Origin: Octopus vulgaris
Lineage: Eukaryota
Reading direction: 5' to 3'
Assembly (NCBI GenBank): GCA_951406725.2
Contig: OX597818.1
Location: forward strand, 127,348,001-127,412,000
Length of the DNA stretch: 64,000 bases
In this document: positions 37,270 through 50,474 of the stretch, piece after piece
Layout of the letters: each line of letters starts with the position of its first letter
How positions within the stretch are numbered: the stretch's first letter is position 1
The notes under the pieces: model-generated
Database searches by the model: none
What the model saw: only the letters and a program-made list of their open reading frames with translations
What the model was told of the DNA's origin: nothing
Position numbers and translations under genes: made by a program

Positions 37270-38400
37270 GGACTTTCGTAAACGGGTAAGTCACTAGATA
37301 ACTAAAGGGATGCAAGAGGACAAAAGATCAACTTCTGATAGTATGGAACTGAACGATTGGAAGAAAATATATACAAATTTGGGTATGGCGTGGATGGACT
37401 GCTAGAACGCTTATGACATGGTCCCCCATTCTTGGATTTTAGAAAATCCTGAGTTGGTGCAGGTGTTATAAGATTTGAAATTTTATCTGGAGATCGAACT
37501 TGAATACAGAGTCAGCATCATGTTGAGAATTTTTGAAGGTTGACAACTGGAGAGACATGTATCAGAGAGATATCGAGATATTGTGATGTTGTTTGTGATT
37601 CGAATGATACCCATCATACAGATATTCGAAAATTGATTTCAGGGTACTCCTTGGAAAGTGAAGAAAAAATTGAATCACCTGTTGTATATGGCCGGCTTAA
37701 AGATGTTGGTACGAGTGAGCATGGAATAAATGATTTGGTTTCAACAGTGCAGATATTCAGTGAGGGCATCAGGAATGAATAAGTGTCCCGTGCTTATCAT
37801 AAAAAGGAAAGTAATATCATCTGATGATGTAGAACTACCCAGAGGCGAGAGAATTAAGGATGTTGAAGTGGGTAGATACAAGTATTTGGGTATTTTTGGA
37901 GTGCGACAAAATCAAGGAGAGTGAGACCAAGGAAAATTTTAGGCGAGAATACCCCAAGAGAACCAAGTTAATTATCAAGAGCAGACTCAGCGAGAAAAAG
38001 AAAAGATCAAGAGACACAGGCTGTCTCTTTAATGCAATATGGCGCAGGTGATGTTAGGTGGACAAAAAACGAAGTTGAGGAAATTAATAGAAAAAGCCAT
38101 AAAAGGGAAGACAGTGGACTAAAGGCGATGTCGACAGTTTTTATGTGTTTAGAAACTCGAGAGAAAGAACGCTCATAAGGATGCAAGATTTGTCTTGTCA
38201 ATGAGTAAAATAGTCTAAAATGGTACGTGAAACAGCAGATTGAACCTTTTGTTGTTACTGTTGTAAATAGCAATACGATACCCCGTGAAAATGTGACACA
38301 CCCCTTAAAAATTAAGAAGCAGGATGGAGAACAGAGATTGAGCAACTGGATAGTGAACGCGATGCATGGGCAATAACACAGAAATGGAAGGGAAAGATAA
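37270..38400 (+). mobile_element. Highly degenerate R4/Dong-type LINE RT region
   Basis: GMAWMDC*NAYDMVPHSWILE and YKYLGI motifs. Many stops. Confidence 0.65.
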
Positions 38401-38415
38401 GATTAACTCTTGTTA

Positions 38416-38836
38416 ATACCTATTTCTTTACTACCCACAAGGGGCTAAACACAGAGAGAACAAACAAGGACAGACAAACGGATTAAGTCGATTATATCGA
38501 CCCCAGTGCGTAACTGGTACTTATTTAATCGACCCCGAAAGAATGAAAGGCAAAGTCGACCTCAGCGGAATTTGAACTCAGAACGTAGCGGCAGACGAAA
38601 TACCTATTTCTTTACTACCCACAAGGGGCTAAACACAGAGAGAACAAACAAGGACAGACAAACGAATTAAGTCGATTATATCGACCCCAGTGCGTAACTG
38701 GTACTTATTTAATCGACCCCGAAAGGATGAAAGGTAAAGTCGACCTCGGCGGAATTTGAACTCACAACGTAACGGCAGACGAAATACCGCTAAGCATTTC
38801 GCCCGGCGTGCTAACGATTCTGCCAGCTCGCCGCCT
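38416..38836 (-). mobile_element. SINE family A head-to-tail dimer
   Basis: Two ~185-bp units joined at gacgaaa-tacc-tatttc. Confidence 0.9.
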
Positions 38837-38856
38837 AATAATAATAATCATCATCA

Positions 38857-38923
<67 letters not shown>

Positions 38924-38926
<3 letters not shown>

Positions 38927-41725
38927 TATACATTCAACACATTAGACTATTGGAAAAGAAAAGAATCATAACATCGGGCTACAAGTAGACTTAGATGCCA
39001 AGAACCATCCTAAGTATCTTAGCTGTCCCTAATAACAGTTGTACTAAACCCAGTTGTACTAAACTGGGTTTTATGCCTTTTTCCTCTATCCATCTGTTCA
39101 GATCTTTAGGGATAGTTCCCAATGCACCTGTAACTATTGGGATACATTTTTACCTGCACTTTCCATAGTCTCTGTAATTCAATAGCTAGGTCCTGGTACT
39201 TTACTATTTTTTCTATGCTTATATTAATTTTTTCATCATTTGGGATTATAAAGTCGATTATCTAGCACTTTCTATTCTTTTTATCTACTACTACCAAATC
39301 AGGCCCTTTAGCTTCTAGTACTCTGTCAGTCTGAATGTTAAAGTTACTTTCTAGTACTTTACTAGGCTCATGTTTATATCATTTATCAGTATGTTCAAAC
39401 CCTAGTTTTTTACATAGTTCCCAGTGGATTGCTCTCCCTGGATTGTCATGTTTTTCTTGTATTCTTTCTGTGCCAGCATGGTACATTCACTTACTATATG
39501 ACTAATGCTCTTCTCTTTTGATTTGCATAACCTACACAGGGAATCTGCTTGGTTTTTGTATATCTTGGCTTTTATTCAATTAGTCCGTAATGCTTGATCT
39601 TGTGCAGCTATTAACAAACTCTAGCCTTCTTCTTGCAACCTTTCTGTTCTTCTGGTAGTAACTTCTGGTTGTCAAGGTGCTCGAAAATGCTTTCTAAAAG
39701 CATTCCTGTTAACAGCTTCCATACTAATGGTAAGCAAGTGATTGGTCTGTAGTTGCTACCCTTGCTCTTATCTTTCATAATGTGTATTTTCTTCCCTCTA
39801 GTCATCCAATATGGTATTATTCCTCCATGAAGGCAACCCTGAAGTTGTTCCCTCAGCCTCTCATGTAAACTATTAAATTTCTTTAGCCAGCACCCTTGAC
39901 CTAGGCCCTTCCAACTCGGCATTTTTCCTAACACTTTACTCTTTAATGCACTAGTTAGTCTGAGATCTGGCTGCTTCACACTCACTATTCTTCCTCCACT
40001 TTCTTTAACCATACTGCATCTTAATTATGATTGACTGCTTTATTCCAAATATTACTCCAGAACTTTCTAGCTTCCTCTGCATTAGGTTTCGCATTTTCAG
40101 TACTTCGTTTTCTACTATTTATTTGGTTATAAAATCTCCTCTGGTCTGTGTCAAATAATCTATTCCGTTGATACTGAGCTATTCTCTTCTGATATCTGGA
40201 GAGCTTGTCTGCTATGATACGATGTTTCAGCTTTTCTATTATTATCCCAAATGCTTTCTCTTTGACTAAGTGTCTTCCTCGTGACAAGATTTGTATCTTG
40301 TGTTTCCTAACTTGTTTGTTTTCCAGGTTTCTGTTCTACTCAGATCTTGTCTTAAAGTCTCCACTTTATTTTGTAGTCTCCTTTTCCACATTTGCTCGTT
40401 TTTAATCTTTCCCTGTGAGATATCTAATCTTCTGGTGACTACTACTACTCCTACATAGATCAATAAGTTAGTGTCTTCTATATGTTTAGTATCGATCCTA
40501 ATGATAACAGAATCTACTTTCCTAGTCATTTCTTGTAGCTTCCTTCTGTTGGTGCATTTTAATGCTGGCAATCTTTTTCCTACTTCTTTATTCATTGCTT
40601 CCTGCAACTCACCTAAAATCTTCTGATCTTCCTCACTTAAATCATTTAAGTCATTGGTGCCAGTTGTCCCTTCCTTTTTGGTAGCGCTATTATTATTTTT
40701 TCCTTTAGATTCTTCTTTGGTTAAAGCTGTATCTCTTAAGTTGTTGTTTGTCTTTCCCACTGCCTGGTCTGTCTTTTCCAGTTCTCTTGTGATCTCTTCT
40801 ACCTCCATTTCTGTCATCCACTTTCTTATCCTAATAGCATTATCTTAATCAACTAATCTCTGCTCTGTCACTTTAAACCCAAAATGTTAACATCCGTTTT
40901 CTATAGCCCCTTCTTTTGGGTTCACTTTCTAAGTAGCACTGTATCACTATCCTGTTTTCTTCGCTGGTCCACTTTCTCCTCTTTGCTCTATTATCTGCTG
41001 ATGCTGTATTAGGATGACAGTGGAGGTGCAATGGCCCAGTGGTTAGGGCAGCGGACTCGCGGTCATAGGATCGCGGTTTCGATTCCCAGACCGGGCGTTG
41101 TGAGTGTTTATTGAGCGAAAACACCTAAAGCTCCACGAGGCTCCGGCAGGGGATGGTGGTGATCCCTGTTGTACTCTTTCACCACAACGTTCTCTCACTC
41201 TTACTTCCTGTTTCTGTTGTACCTGTATTTCAAAGGGCCGGCCTTGTCACTCTCTGTGTCACGCTGGATATCCCCGAGAACTACGTTAAGGGTGCACGTG
41301 TCTGTGGAGTGCTCAGCCACTTACACGTTAATTTCACGAGCAGGCTGTTCCGTTGATTCGGATCAACCGGAACCCTCGTCGTCGTAACCGACGGAGTGCT
41401 TCCATCCATCCATTATCTTTTACTTTTTTTTTTTGCTGAGGGTGAATATTGCATTGTATCAGTACGTTTTGTTGTGGAGTTTTGTTTGAGTCTTTCGTTA
41501 TATTAGTTTTATATTGTGTGTTTTTTGTGTAGCGCAGGTTGTATTCCTCTGTTTTATTCATTTTGTTGGGTAGCTACAGTATGAGTTTTTTCTTTTATGT
41601 TTTTTGGCGGGTGTTGCATTGTAGTGTGTGTGTGTATGTGTGTGTAACTCCTAAATCAATTATTTTATAGTATTTATGATTATCCGTCCGCCGTTCTTTT
41701 GCTGGGTTCTGTTATGGGTTCCGTT
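38924..41725 (-). mobile_element. R4/Dong-type LINE, near full-length with internal RT deletion, in (TAA)n
   Basis: N-terminal RRKWTSEENRIVIQCYLESEPKRRGYRKRM; NYRPITCLPL..EEQKGC jumps directly to IAAQDQALRTN; C-terminal GALGTIPK..LLGTAKILRMVLGI*. TAA tracts at both ends. Confidence 0.85.
41020..41411 (+). mobile_element. SINE family B nested in the LINE
   Basis: tggaggtgcaatggcccagtggttagg head, ...gtaaccgacggagtgcttccatcc tail. Confidence 0.9.
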
Positions 41726-41736
41726 AATTATTATTA

Positions 41737-41795
<59 letters not shown>

Positions 41796-41812
41796 ATTAT
41801 TATTATTATTAT

Positions 41813-43538
41813 TTTATGTTTGACTTTTGCTCTGCATTTGTACAAGTTGGCTCCAAGTCTCACCCAGAGACCTCAAGAGACAACAAGTTAGAAGTTCATG
41901 TTGGTGTTAAGCTTAGGGTGTCATATATTTGGTTTTGTACATAGCGTTGTTCTATATGATGTTTAAGAAACCATAAGAAAATTATGTTTGTTTTAAAATT
42001 TGAGATTACATAGAAAGTATTTTGTATAGGATATGGGCAGTTCCCAGGAGCACTATCTTTTGAATTTCTGCCACTTTGGAGTTTTCTGGTATATGAGCTA
42101 GGTAGCAATCAGCCCCTTTTGCTATCATTCCCAGGGCACCTATGACAACAGGTATTGTCTTGAGGTTCCACATGTTGCTCATTTCTATTTCAAGATCTTT
42201 ATACTTGCTCAGTTTTTGGTAGGTCTTGACAGATACATTTATATCGATTGGGACAGTCATATCAATGAGGAGGCATGATTTTTGTCTGAAGTCTTTCAAT
42301 ATGATGTCTGGCCTATTTTCATCTATCTGTCTGTCAGTTTGAATGGTGAAGTTCCAGAGGAGTGAGGTGTGATCATTTTCAAGTGCTGGAGGTGGTTTGT
42401 GTTCCCACTAGTTTTTATCATGGGGCAAGTCCAGGTTTTTGCAAATTACCCAGTGAATATATAGTGTAGTTCTATCATGCCTGTTGAGATACTCTGTAGG
42501 CGCAAGAAGACTGCACTTGGAGACAACATGATCAATAGTTTCATTTTCTTGTTGACATACACGACATGTTGGGCTACTGCCGTTCTTTAATATGTTGGCC
42601 TGGTAATTCGTTGTAGGTAGGCATTGATCTTGAGCTGCTATGATAAACCCTTCTGTTTCAGATTTTAAGCCAGAGGCCATTAGCCATTGATGGATAAGGG
42701 CTTTGTCAACATCGGCATTATTCGTTCTCTTTGGGTATTTGCCATTGAGAGGTTTTTCTTGCCATTTATCAGCCAGAATATTTAGCAGTTTTAGCACGGG
42801 TTTTCATGCGCTTAGCTTTTTCTGCGCTTGTTTCTAGTATGTCTCCTTCCGGAATTTGTTGTACTTGGAATTCACTTAGATATTCCTTTCCCTGTTATGT
42901 TACTGAGTATGATACGTTCTTGTTTTCATGTTTTGAGACAGGTTTTAACATCCAGTTCTCAGAGGTTTTCACGTAGGTGTCTAGGCCAATTGTGGCAATC
43001 TTCATTGTTAATGCTTCCCTCTTTTCTTGGCAGATAAAGTCGTTCTTTTATTGCCTTAGAGTGATGCACTCTATGCATTGCCAACAGTTTTCGTATTTTT
43101 CTGTCATATTTCAGTAATTGACCAGTTAATGATATTGTTAATGGTGGTTTTTGCACATTTATCGAGGCCAAATTGCATCTTGATGTCATCACTGAATTGT
43201 TTAACAATCGCTAGTAAGCCCTTGAGTTGTTGGTCAATTTTTGCAAAGAACTTTAAATCATTCATGTAAATGAGATGATTTATATTTTTATCAAACATTT
43301 TATAACTGTAATGTGCACCATTGAGCAATTTTGAGAGAGGTATTAAGGCTAAACAAAAGAGGAGTGGTGATAGTGAGTCACCCTGGAAAATGCCACATGA
43401 AATTCTTACATCTCCAGCATTTAGAGATTCATTGTCACTGTTCAAAGTCAGTGTGGTTCTCCATGATCTCATACTTACAGACAAGAGGTTTCACAGAGTA
43501 GGTGCTATTTTATACATTTCCAGACATTTCTTGATCCA
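41813..43538 (-). mobile_element. 5'-truncated, more degenerate copy of the Dong-type family at 24035-27339
   Basis: ORF pieces 43104..43484, 42408..42797 and 42006..42299 match that element. 3' end abuts (TAA)n, 5' end abuts (GAA)n. Confidence 0.9.
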
Positions 43539-43650
43539 GAAGAAGAAGAAGAAGAAGAAGAAGAAGAAGAAGAAGAAGAAGAAGAAGAAGAAGAAGAAGA
43601 AGAAGAAGAAGAAGAAGAAGAAGAAGAAGAAGAAGAAGAAGAAGAAGAAG

Positions 43651-43680
<30 letters not shown>
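43538..43680. repeat. (GAA)n microsatellite
   Basis: Pure tract of about 47 units. Confidence 0.95.
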
Positions 43681-43681
<1 letters not shown>

Positions 43682-43794
43682 CCGTTATGATAGTTTCCTG
43701 TATGTATTTTTATATTTTCTGCAACGATGAAAGCGATTGCAACTGTGACTCAGTAGTGTAAAAAGAACAAAAAAAAAGGCAATAATCATTCTTT

Positions 43795-44110
43795 AAAAAA
43801 ACACACATACGTAGGTTTATTGTTGCATCTTTTTATTAATATTTTCTAGTACATTGCATAACTTAATAATATAAATAAACAGAATTTTAGAAGAAATTTT
43901 CAACAACTAAGCGCGTGCAGTGAAAGGACTTTCGAAACCGATTGAAAATGAAATGTATTAATAAATAAAATTTATAACACCAATAATTTCTAGCTTAACC
44001 ACAAGAGGATAAATTTATAGAGGGGAAAACAAAAGTTGTGATCTCCATGCTTTTCTTAAATCATTGAAGATGTTTATGGTGTTTATTCTTATTGAAAAAA
44101 CTTGCTGAGA
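43795..44110 (-). other. Candidate non-coding terminal exon (3' UTR) of the small secreted peptide gene
   Basis: Acceptor catcttttatttttcag| at 44111. AATAAA at 43832-43837 and 43816-43821 on the minus strand. AT-rich non-repetitive sequence. Confidence 0.4.
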
Positions 44111-44583
44111 CTGAAAAATAAAAAGATGTAGATATTATTAGAATTAATATGTTGGAAGAATTAGCAGAGTGAAACATGAAAATTATTTGCTTTATTTAGC
44201 AATGTCCTTTTCTTTTCTTTTTTTTAAATATTTTATTTTAATATTTTGAATCAGATCTTTATAAATAAAACTAAAATCCTGCTGTATTAAATAAAATAAT
44301 TACCAGTTGATACTGGCTCCTATTCAATCGTCCACACACTTCTATAAAATCATTGAACTTATATCAATATAAGAAATCTCTATTATAGATTTCGAACAAA
44401 GTCTCAAATTTGAGGGAAGATTGCAGCCGATTATATTTCACTGATGATTTATTTTATTGACCTCGAAAGAATGAAAGATAAAATTCACTTCGATGGAATT
44501 TGAACTTAGAACGTAATGGAGTAAAATAAAATAATACAAGCCATGGTGTTCGAAATGTCTAATGGACATTTAAAGCGTAGAAT

Positions 44584-44816
44584 TATTTCTTTACTACCCA
44601 CAAGGGGCTAAACAGAGAGGGGACAAACAAGGACAGACAAACGGATTAAGTCGATTACATCGACCCCAGTGCGTAACTGGTATTTAATTTATCGACCCCG
44701 AAAGGATGAAAGGCAAAGTCGACCTCGGCGGAATTTGAACTCAGAACGTAATGGCAGACGAAATACGGCTACGCATTTCGCCCGGCGTGCTAACGTTTTC
44801 TGCCAGCTCGCCGCCT
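44584..44816 (-). mobile_element. SINE family A
   Basis: Full-length unit matching 38601-38836. Confidence 0.9.
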
Positions 44817-45399
44817 ATTTAAAGCGTAGAATTGACAGACTCAGAGGTATTAAACTATTAAACTCAGCGGTACTGTAGACAGACTTGTTAAAATGTCGGA
44901 CAAAATATTGAAAATTTCTGGCATTTAGTTCCGTCCCTTAACGTACTAAGTTCAAATCTTAATAGAATCCACTCTGTGTTTCATCCCTGTAGCATCTATA
45001 AATTAAGTACCAGTAATATACTAAAGTTCATTCAATTAACCATATCATATTTCTATCCTTAAATCCTTTAAAAATGCTTTAGCACGAAAGCCGCGGCCAT
45101 GCTGGAGCACCACCGCTGATTTATTAAAAAGTAAAAGCGTAATGTTGAAAACAACATCGAAAGTAAATTTACACCGCTCTGTTTTCTTCAATAATTTGAG
45201 TTGTTTACACTTCAGCCATGAAAAATAGGACCGACATAAAGCAAATTCGATATATTGTCTTTACACATTAAGTATAATTACCATTAACAATAAAATATAG
45301 CACATAACAATAGGTATTCTTTATATCTAACTAAACGTGTGTTAGACCGCTCATAAGAGCACAGACATATATTGTAAAAGACGAGAATCGTCTGTTATA

Positions 45400-45664
45400 G
45401 GAACTGTCATATCACGTGATTTCAGTCTACAGGACTTCTTCAGCAGCAGGCATCCGGTGACTGTATACCAGCTAAATCTTGCTGTCCCTTATACTACTGT
45501 TTCCAATTATAGCAGCCACAAAACGTCAAATTAACTGCACAATTCGAGGTAATACAGCGCCACTGTACCAAGAACATTATCTCGGTGCAACAGATGAACT
45601 ACTGAGAGAGGCAGGAAAGAGCTGAGGATCTACACCCTGGAAAGAAGACACGAAAGATATACAG

Positions 45665-45703
<39 letters not shown>

Positions 45704-45933
45704 ATGTATATATAGAAGATATACAATCATATATATATATATATATATATATAATGTAGGATAAAATTTTTCGAAAAAAATTCTATCAATGGCCAGCATA
45801 TTAAAAAATACCTTTAAAGGTTAAATTTATAAACAATTTATAAGTAAGAGCAAAAGAAAAGCTTTTCTAATGCCAAAATATGGCATATTTTGGCATTAGA
45901 AATTTTTTTTTCTTTTGCCCTTACTTATAAATT

Positions 45934-45968
<35 letters not shown>

Positions 45969-46090
45969 TCAGCCGAAATTGCGAAGATGATCCGGTTCTT
46001 GACTGATGATTGAGGGCTTCGAATGTGTTTTTTGTGTCGTCTTCTAAATGTTTCACGTTCTTGTCCCAGTTTGTATATTTTTTTTACTTT

Positions 46091-46139
<49 letters not shown>

Positions 46140-46420
46140 GATCCTGCAGGGTCTAGCACATAACTTTGGGACTGAAAGCTATACCAGCCACCGAACTGGA
46201 CACCGCTGCATAGATGACAAATATCTTGCCATTTTCCATCTGGAGTAAGAAAACGAGCGTTCAGAAAAATTTTAAACTGACATACCGATGCATCCACATC
46301 ACGGCAAGAAACGAAAAGAAGGGCCGCTCTATCAGTTCACTAATTTACCAGAACCGAGAAGTGAGTCTAAAATGAACATGCATTGACGCTAACGACGGAG
46401 TCCCAGCGTGAGCACAGTCT
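45400..46420 (+). mobile_element. CR1/L2-group LINE 3' relic, interrupted by TA tracts and other repeats
   Basis: EVIQRHCTKNI..MNY*ER..LRIYTLERRHERY, resuming ILQGLAHNFGTESYTSHRTG after 46140. Confidence 0.6.
45828..45940. repeat. Imperfect inverted repeat (~55-bp arms)
   Basis: tataaacaatttataagtaag..tctaatgccaaaatatg / catattttggcattaga..cttacttataaattgtttata. Confidence 0.85.
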
Positions 46421-46608
46421 CTAGCTAAAGCTGATAATAGAATAGTAGAATGCATGAGGCGTTCCATATTTGTGCATCTAAATGTATATAAATAAACAGA
46501 TAAGTAGAAATGGAGAACTATTTTTTTTAAAGCAATGAAATAAAAGAAAAGAGAAGGTGGGAGAGAGAAAGACTAAACGAATGGCTTACTATTTCAGTGG
46601 AGTTATTG

Positions 46609-46711
46609 TTATTGTTCACTATCGAGTTCTTTCTTAATGAATTGAAGCATTTTTTGCGACACCCTGGCACGTGACTGTTCTTCCGCTGTTAAGCCCCCAC
46701 TCTCTAAGTTC
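46609..46711 (-). CDS. Small secreted peptide precursor, last coding exon
   Basis: Long polypyrimidine tract and ttttag acceptor. Phase-2 frame reads (E)NLESGGLTAEEQSRARVSQKMLQFIKKELDSEQ*. gtaagc donor 19 nt after the stop (exon ends 46590). Confidence 0.65.
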
Positions 46712-46929
46712 CTAAAATCAGAAACAGAAAAGAAAAAAAAAATAGGAGAAAAATATTATCCTGTTCGTAATTGAATATTGACAATTTTAAATCTATTCTT
46801 AAAACATAAAAAAAAAATCAAAACATTCGAAGAATAAAAATTATAAAGGTAAATTGTCATAAAATTATATTTTTACAAATTTATATATATATAATATATT
46901 AGAAAAATATAACCGGGATTGTGTGTGTA

Positions 46930-48690
46930 TAAAAATATAGAAAAACTCATAGAATTCCAGGAAATTTTAAACGGACTGGACGTAAACATCCAATTCACGA
47001 TGGAATATAGCCAGCAACAACTCCCCTTCCTCGATATCCTCATTAAGAAAGCTAATAATATAATAGAAACAGACATATACTATAAGCCTACAGACTCTAA
47101 GCAATATCTTCCATTCAATTCATGCCATCCCAGACACACCAGGATGAATATCCCCTTCAATCTAGCAAAAAGGATATGCACTATAGTCTCTAACGCAAAC
47201 ACCAGAGACACACGACTACAAGAACTAAAAGATACCCTTATCACCAGGAACTATCCACCTTCACTTATTGACAAGTGCATTCAACGTGCCCTTCAACTTA
47301 ACATCAAGGAACTGAGACATCCCAAATCAAAGAAAAACTTACAACCAAAAGCCTTACCATACATCTCCACACACAACCCTCTCAATAACGAAGCCTTCGG
47401 CAACATCCTCCACAACATACCCCTCCTAAAAAAAGACCACAGAATGAACACAATCCTCCAAACACACACGATCATAAAAAGCAAAAGACAGCCTAGATCC
47501 ATGAAAAGTCTCCTAACACAAGCCCGAATTCACTCTTCAACACAGAAGCCGACAGTAAAAAAATGTGGAAGACCCAATTGCGGGATATGCGACTATCTAA
47601 TTGAGGGATCAGAGTTCTCCTTCAAACAGGGACAACGGTTTACAGTGAAAAGCAACTTCACATGTGCTTCGGAGAACCTAATATACTCACTAACCTGCTC
47701 CGGGTGTCAAGAGCAGTACATAGGCCAAACAAAAAATGGTTTGCGTAAACGAATGGCCCTGCACAGATCCCAGATAAAAATTCCCCAAAACAGAAAAATA
47801 GCTTTTAACCAACACATAGATACTTGCGCCAACAAAAAAACACCAAACTTCAGGATTTTCCCCCTCTACCAATTTAGGGACGATACAACCTCGAGACAAC
47901 GAATAAGTAAAGAAAATCTCTTTATTACAAAATACAGGCCACTTCTTAACGGGTCTACGACAAACAATTAATATATCTCAACTTTAGAATAAAAGAAATA
48001 TATACACACACAAATATTACAGTCCATAGAATCCATTACTAATCAGCCCCATCACAGCTATACTTTCACCCATTCATATTCTCCCTTCTCTGTTTTTTCT
48101 TCTTCTTCCTCTTCTTCTTCATCATCATCATTATCATCATCATCGTCGTCATCATCATCACTACCATCATCATCATCATCTTCTCCTTCTCCTTCTTCTT
48201 CATCATCATCATCATCAACATCGTCATCTTCTTCTTCTACTTCTCCACCTTCTACCTCTTAACCATGTCACTAATGCCTTTCAGTATAACGCCTACGCAA
48301 ATTCCATAAACAATTCCTGAATTGAACTGCGACTGCTGTCCGCCACTGACCATTCAAAATACGACCATCAAGGCATTCCCAGATTTCCCCACCCCCTCTC
48401 CACATCAGCCTTCTACTTCTCCTACCCTACCAAGAACTCACAACGACCTCGAACACACAAGTGCAAACAAGGGAGTCAGAGAAAGGCAGAATGCCACTTA
48501 TATCTGAACACTACTATAGAAATATTCCTATAAAAAAACGTTTCTTCTAATTTTTCTAAATTTAATTATTTAATCGTTACAGTTGAAAAGGTCTCAAAAT
48601 GACCGAAACCGGTACTGAAAGATTCACTATAAAATTATCTTAGCATTTTCTATTTTTGACTTGTTTTTTCATATATATCAACTCGTGTGT
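46930..48690 (+). mobile_element. 5'-truncated Penelope-like element (RT C-terminus, GIY-YIG, 3' UTR)
   Basis: Uninterrupted ORF 46919..47971: LPFLDILI, YYKPTD, CGRPNCGIC linker, LIYSLTC..YIGQT..LRKRMALH. Hammerhead near the 3' end. Confidence 0.92.
48580..48617 (+). ncRNA. Minimal type I hammerhead ribozyme with U3:A8 core variant
   Basis: CAG-TTGAAAA-GGTCtcaaaatGACC-GAAA-CCGG-TA-CTG. Palindromic stem III (ACCGGT). Confidence 0.7.
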
Positions 48691-48704
48691 TCCTTTCCAC
48701 CCTT

Positions 48705-48761
<57 letters not shown>

Positions 48762-49158
48762 TACGACGGGCTTCTTTCAGTTTCCGTCTACCAAATCCAC
48801 TCACAAGGCTTTGGTCGGCCCAAGGCTATAGTAGAAGACAATTGCCCAAGGTGCCACGCAGTGGGACTGAACCCGGAACCATGTGGTTGGTAAACAAGCT
48901 ATTTACCACACAGCCACTCCTGCTAAGATTTTTTAACAAGAATGATGGTTAGGGCTCTTGTAATATAGAAGTAAACAAGACGGTTTATATTTGCTAAAAG
49001 AAAGAATTCTGGATTCTTTCGATTGACTTTTAAACTATGGAATAAAATAGCACATTTTGAACACCTGGGACCCTGGCAGCAATTATTGTAAGGGAGATAA
49101 TCAAGTCTAGCTAAATCCTAAATTAAACCGGGGTGAGGAGTTAGAATTTAAATTAAAA

Positions 49159-49546
49159 TGTGGATGGAAGCACTCCGTCGGTTACGACGACGAGGGTTCC
49201 GGTTGATCCGAATCAACGGAACAGCCTGCTCGTAAAATTAACGTGTAAGTGGCTGAGCACTCCACACACACGTGTACCCTTAACGTAGTTCTTGGGGATA
49301 TTCAGCGTGACACAGAGAGTGACAAGGCCGGTCCTTTGAAATACAGGTACAACAGAAACAGGAAGTAAGAGTGAGAGAAAGTTGTGGCGAAAGAGTACAG
49401 CAGGGATCACCACCATCCCTGCCGGAGCCTCGTGGAGCTTTAGGTGTTTTCGCTCAATAAACACTCACAACGCCCGGTCTGGGAATCGAAACCGCGATCC
49501 TATGACCGCGAGTCCGCTGCCCTAACCACTGGGCCATTGCACCTCC
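49159..49546 (-). mobile_element. SINE family B with 9-bp TSD
   Basis: aaattaaaa at 49150-49158 and 49547-49555. Confidence 0.9.
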
Positions 49547-49623
49547 AAATTAAAAAGTAACTGTTACGATACACAGAATATGCATATTTAATTTTGTTTT
49601 TTTTTTTGTTTTGTTTTTCTTAC

Positions 49624-49647
49624 TCATTACAAAGATCCTAATTTTCT
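49624..49647 (-). other. Candidate 24-nt symmetric exon with in-frame TAG
   Basis: TACTAAT branch point, aattttag acceptor, AGAAAATTAGGATCTTTGTAATGA, gtaaga donor. Confidence 0.35.
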
Positions 49648-50474
49648 CTAAAATTCAACGGATACAGAAATTAGTACTTCGATTAATGGTTTTTTACATT
49701 GTCTATAATTTACGCTGAATATCGAAATGATAATTATTGGTTTTTTAAGACACTAATAGAGTTAAAAAGTTCAGTGTATGACTTGCTGAACTACTGAAAG
49801 TACACACACGTTGATTGTACCTTCATTTCAACGTGCTTACCATTTGTCATATATAGTTCATAACAATGAGTTAACTGGCAGCACTTTTGAGTAGCGAATA
49901 AAACATTTACCGTCTTATAAACATGGACTTCAATAATTATACATTTAGACTATGCGAGGGATTTGGACTGGTAGAAGTTATGAGTAGTATGTGTATTATA
50001 TATACACACACACAAATATATAGATATATAATGTGTAGTGACGGTAGTGTGTCACATCCACAGTTAGCCTTTTCCAGTTCTGCTCCACGGAAAGGCTTCC
50101 CTGTTCATGCCCACACGGAACAGGGTCGATGGACTGACACCTGTCGCAGCTCCCGACCACCTTCCGGATGCTTCTCCTAGTGACGTCAGCATCAATTTTC
50201 TTCGCCAGATACAGGGTCCTGTCCACACCCAGGTGATGCATAGCGTGCAGTTTCTTCAGTTCAGAGTCATCCAACCGACACGCCGCAGCTATCCCTTTCC
50301 GGGCCTCCTCCGGTTCTTCCAACCACGCTCTTTTCACCCTGGTCAGTATGTCCCCCTGTTTTTCTCCGAAGGCACGAAAACCACATTCAGCTTCAGTCCG
50401 AACTCGGCGATCAATTCACCTAGAACTCCTAGACGGCGCATCCCTAACATCTCTGCAGCACCTTTCGTCCGCAC

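Noticed and set aside
41020-41095. tRNA-like sequence (also the heads of other SINEs)
   Set aside because: A/B boxes belong to multi-copy SINE heads that run into SINE bodies; not called as tRNA genes.
45966-46030. CGAAA...CTGATGA in a repeat between TA tracts
   Set aside because: Could not form the required stems in any hammerhead topology.
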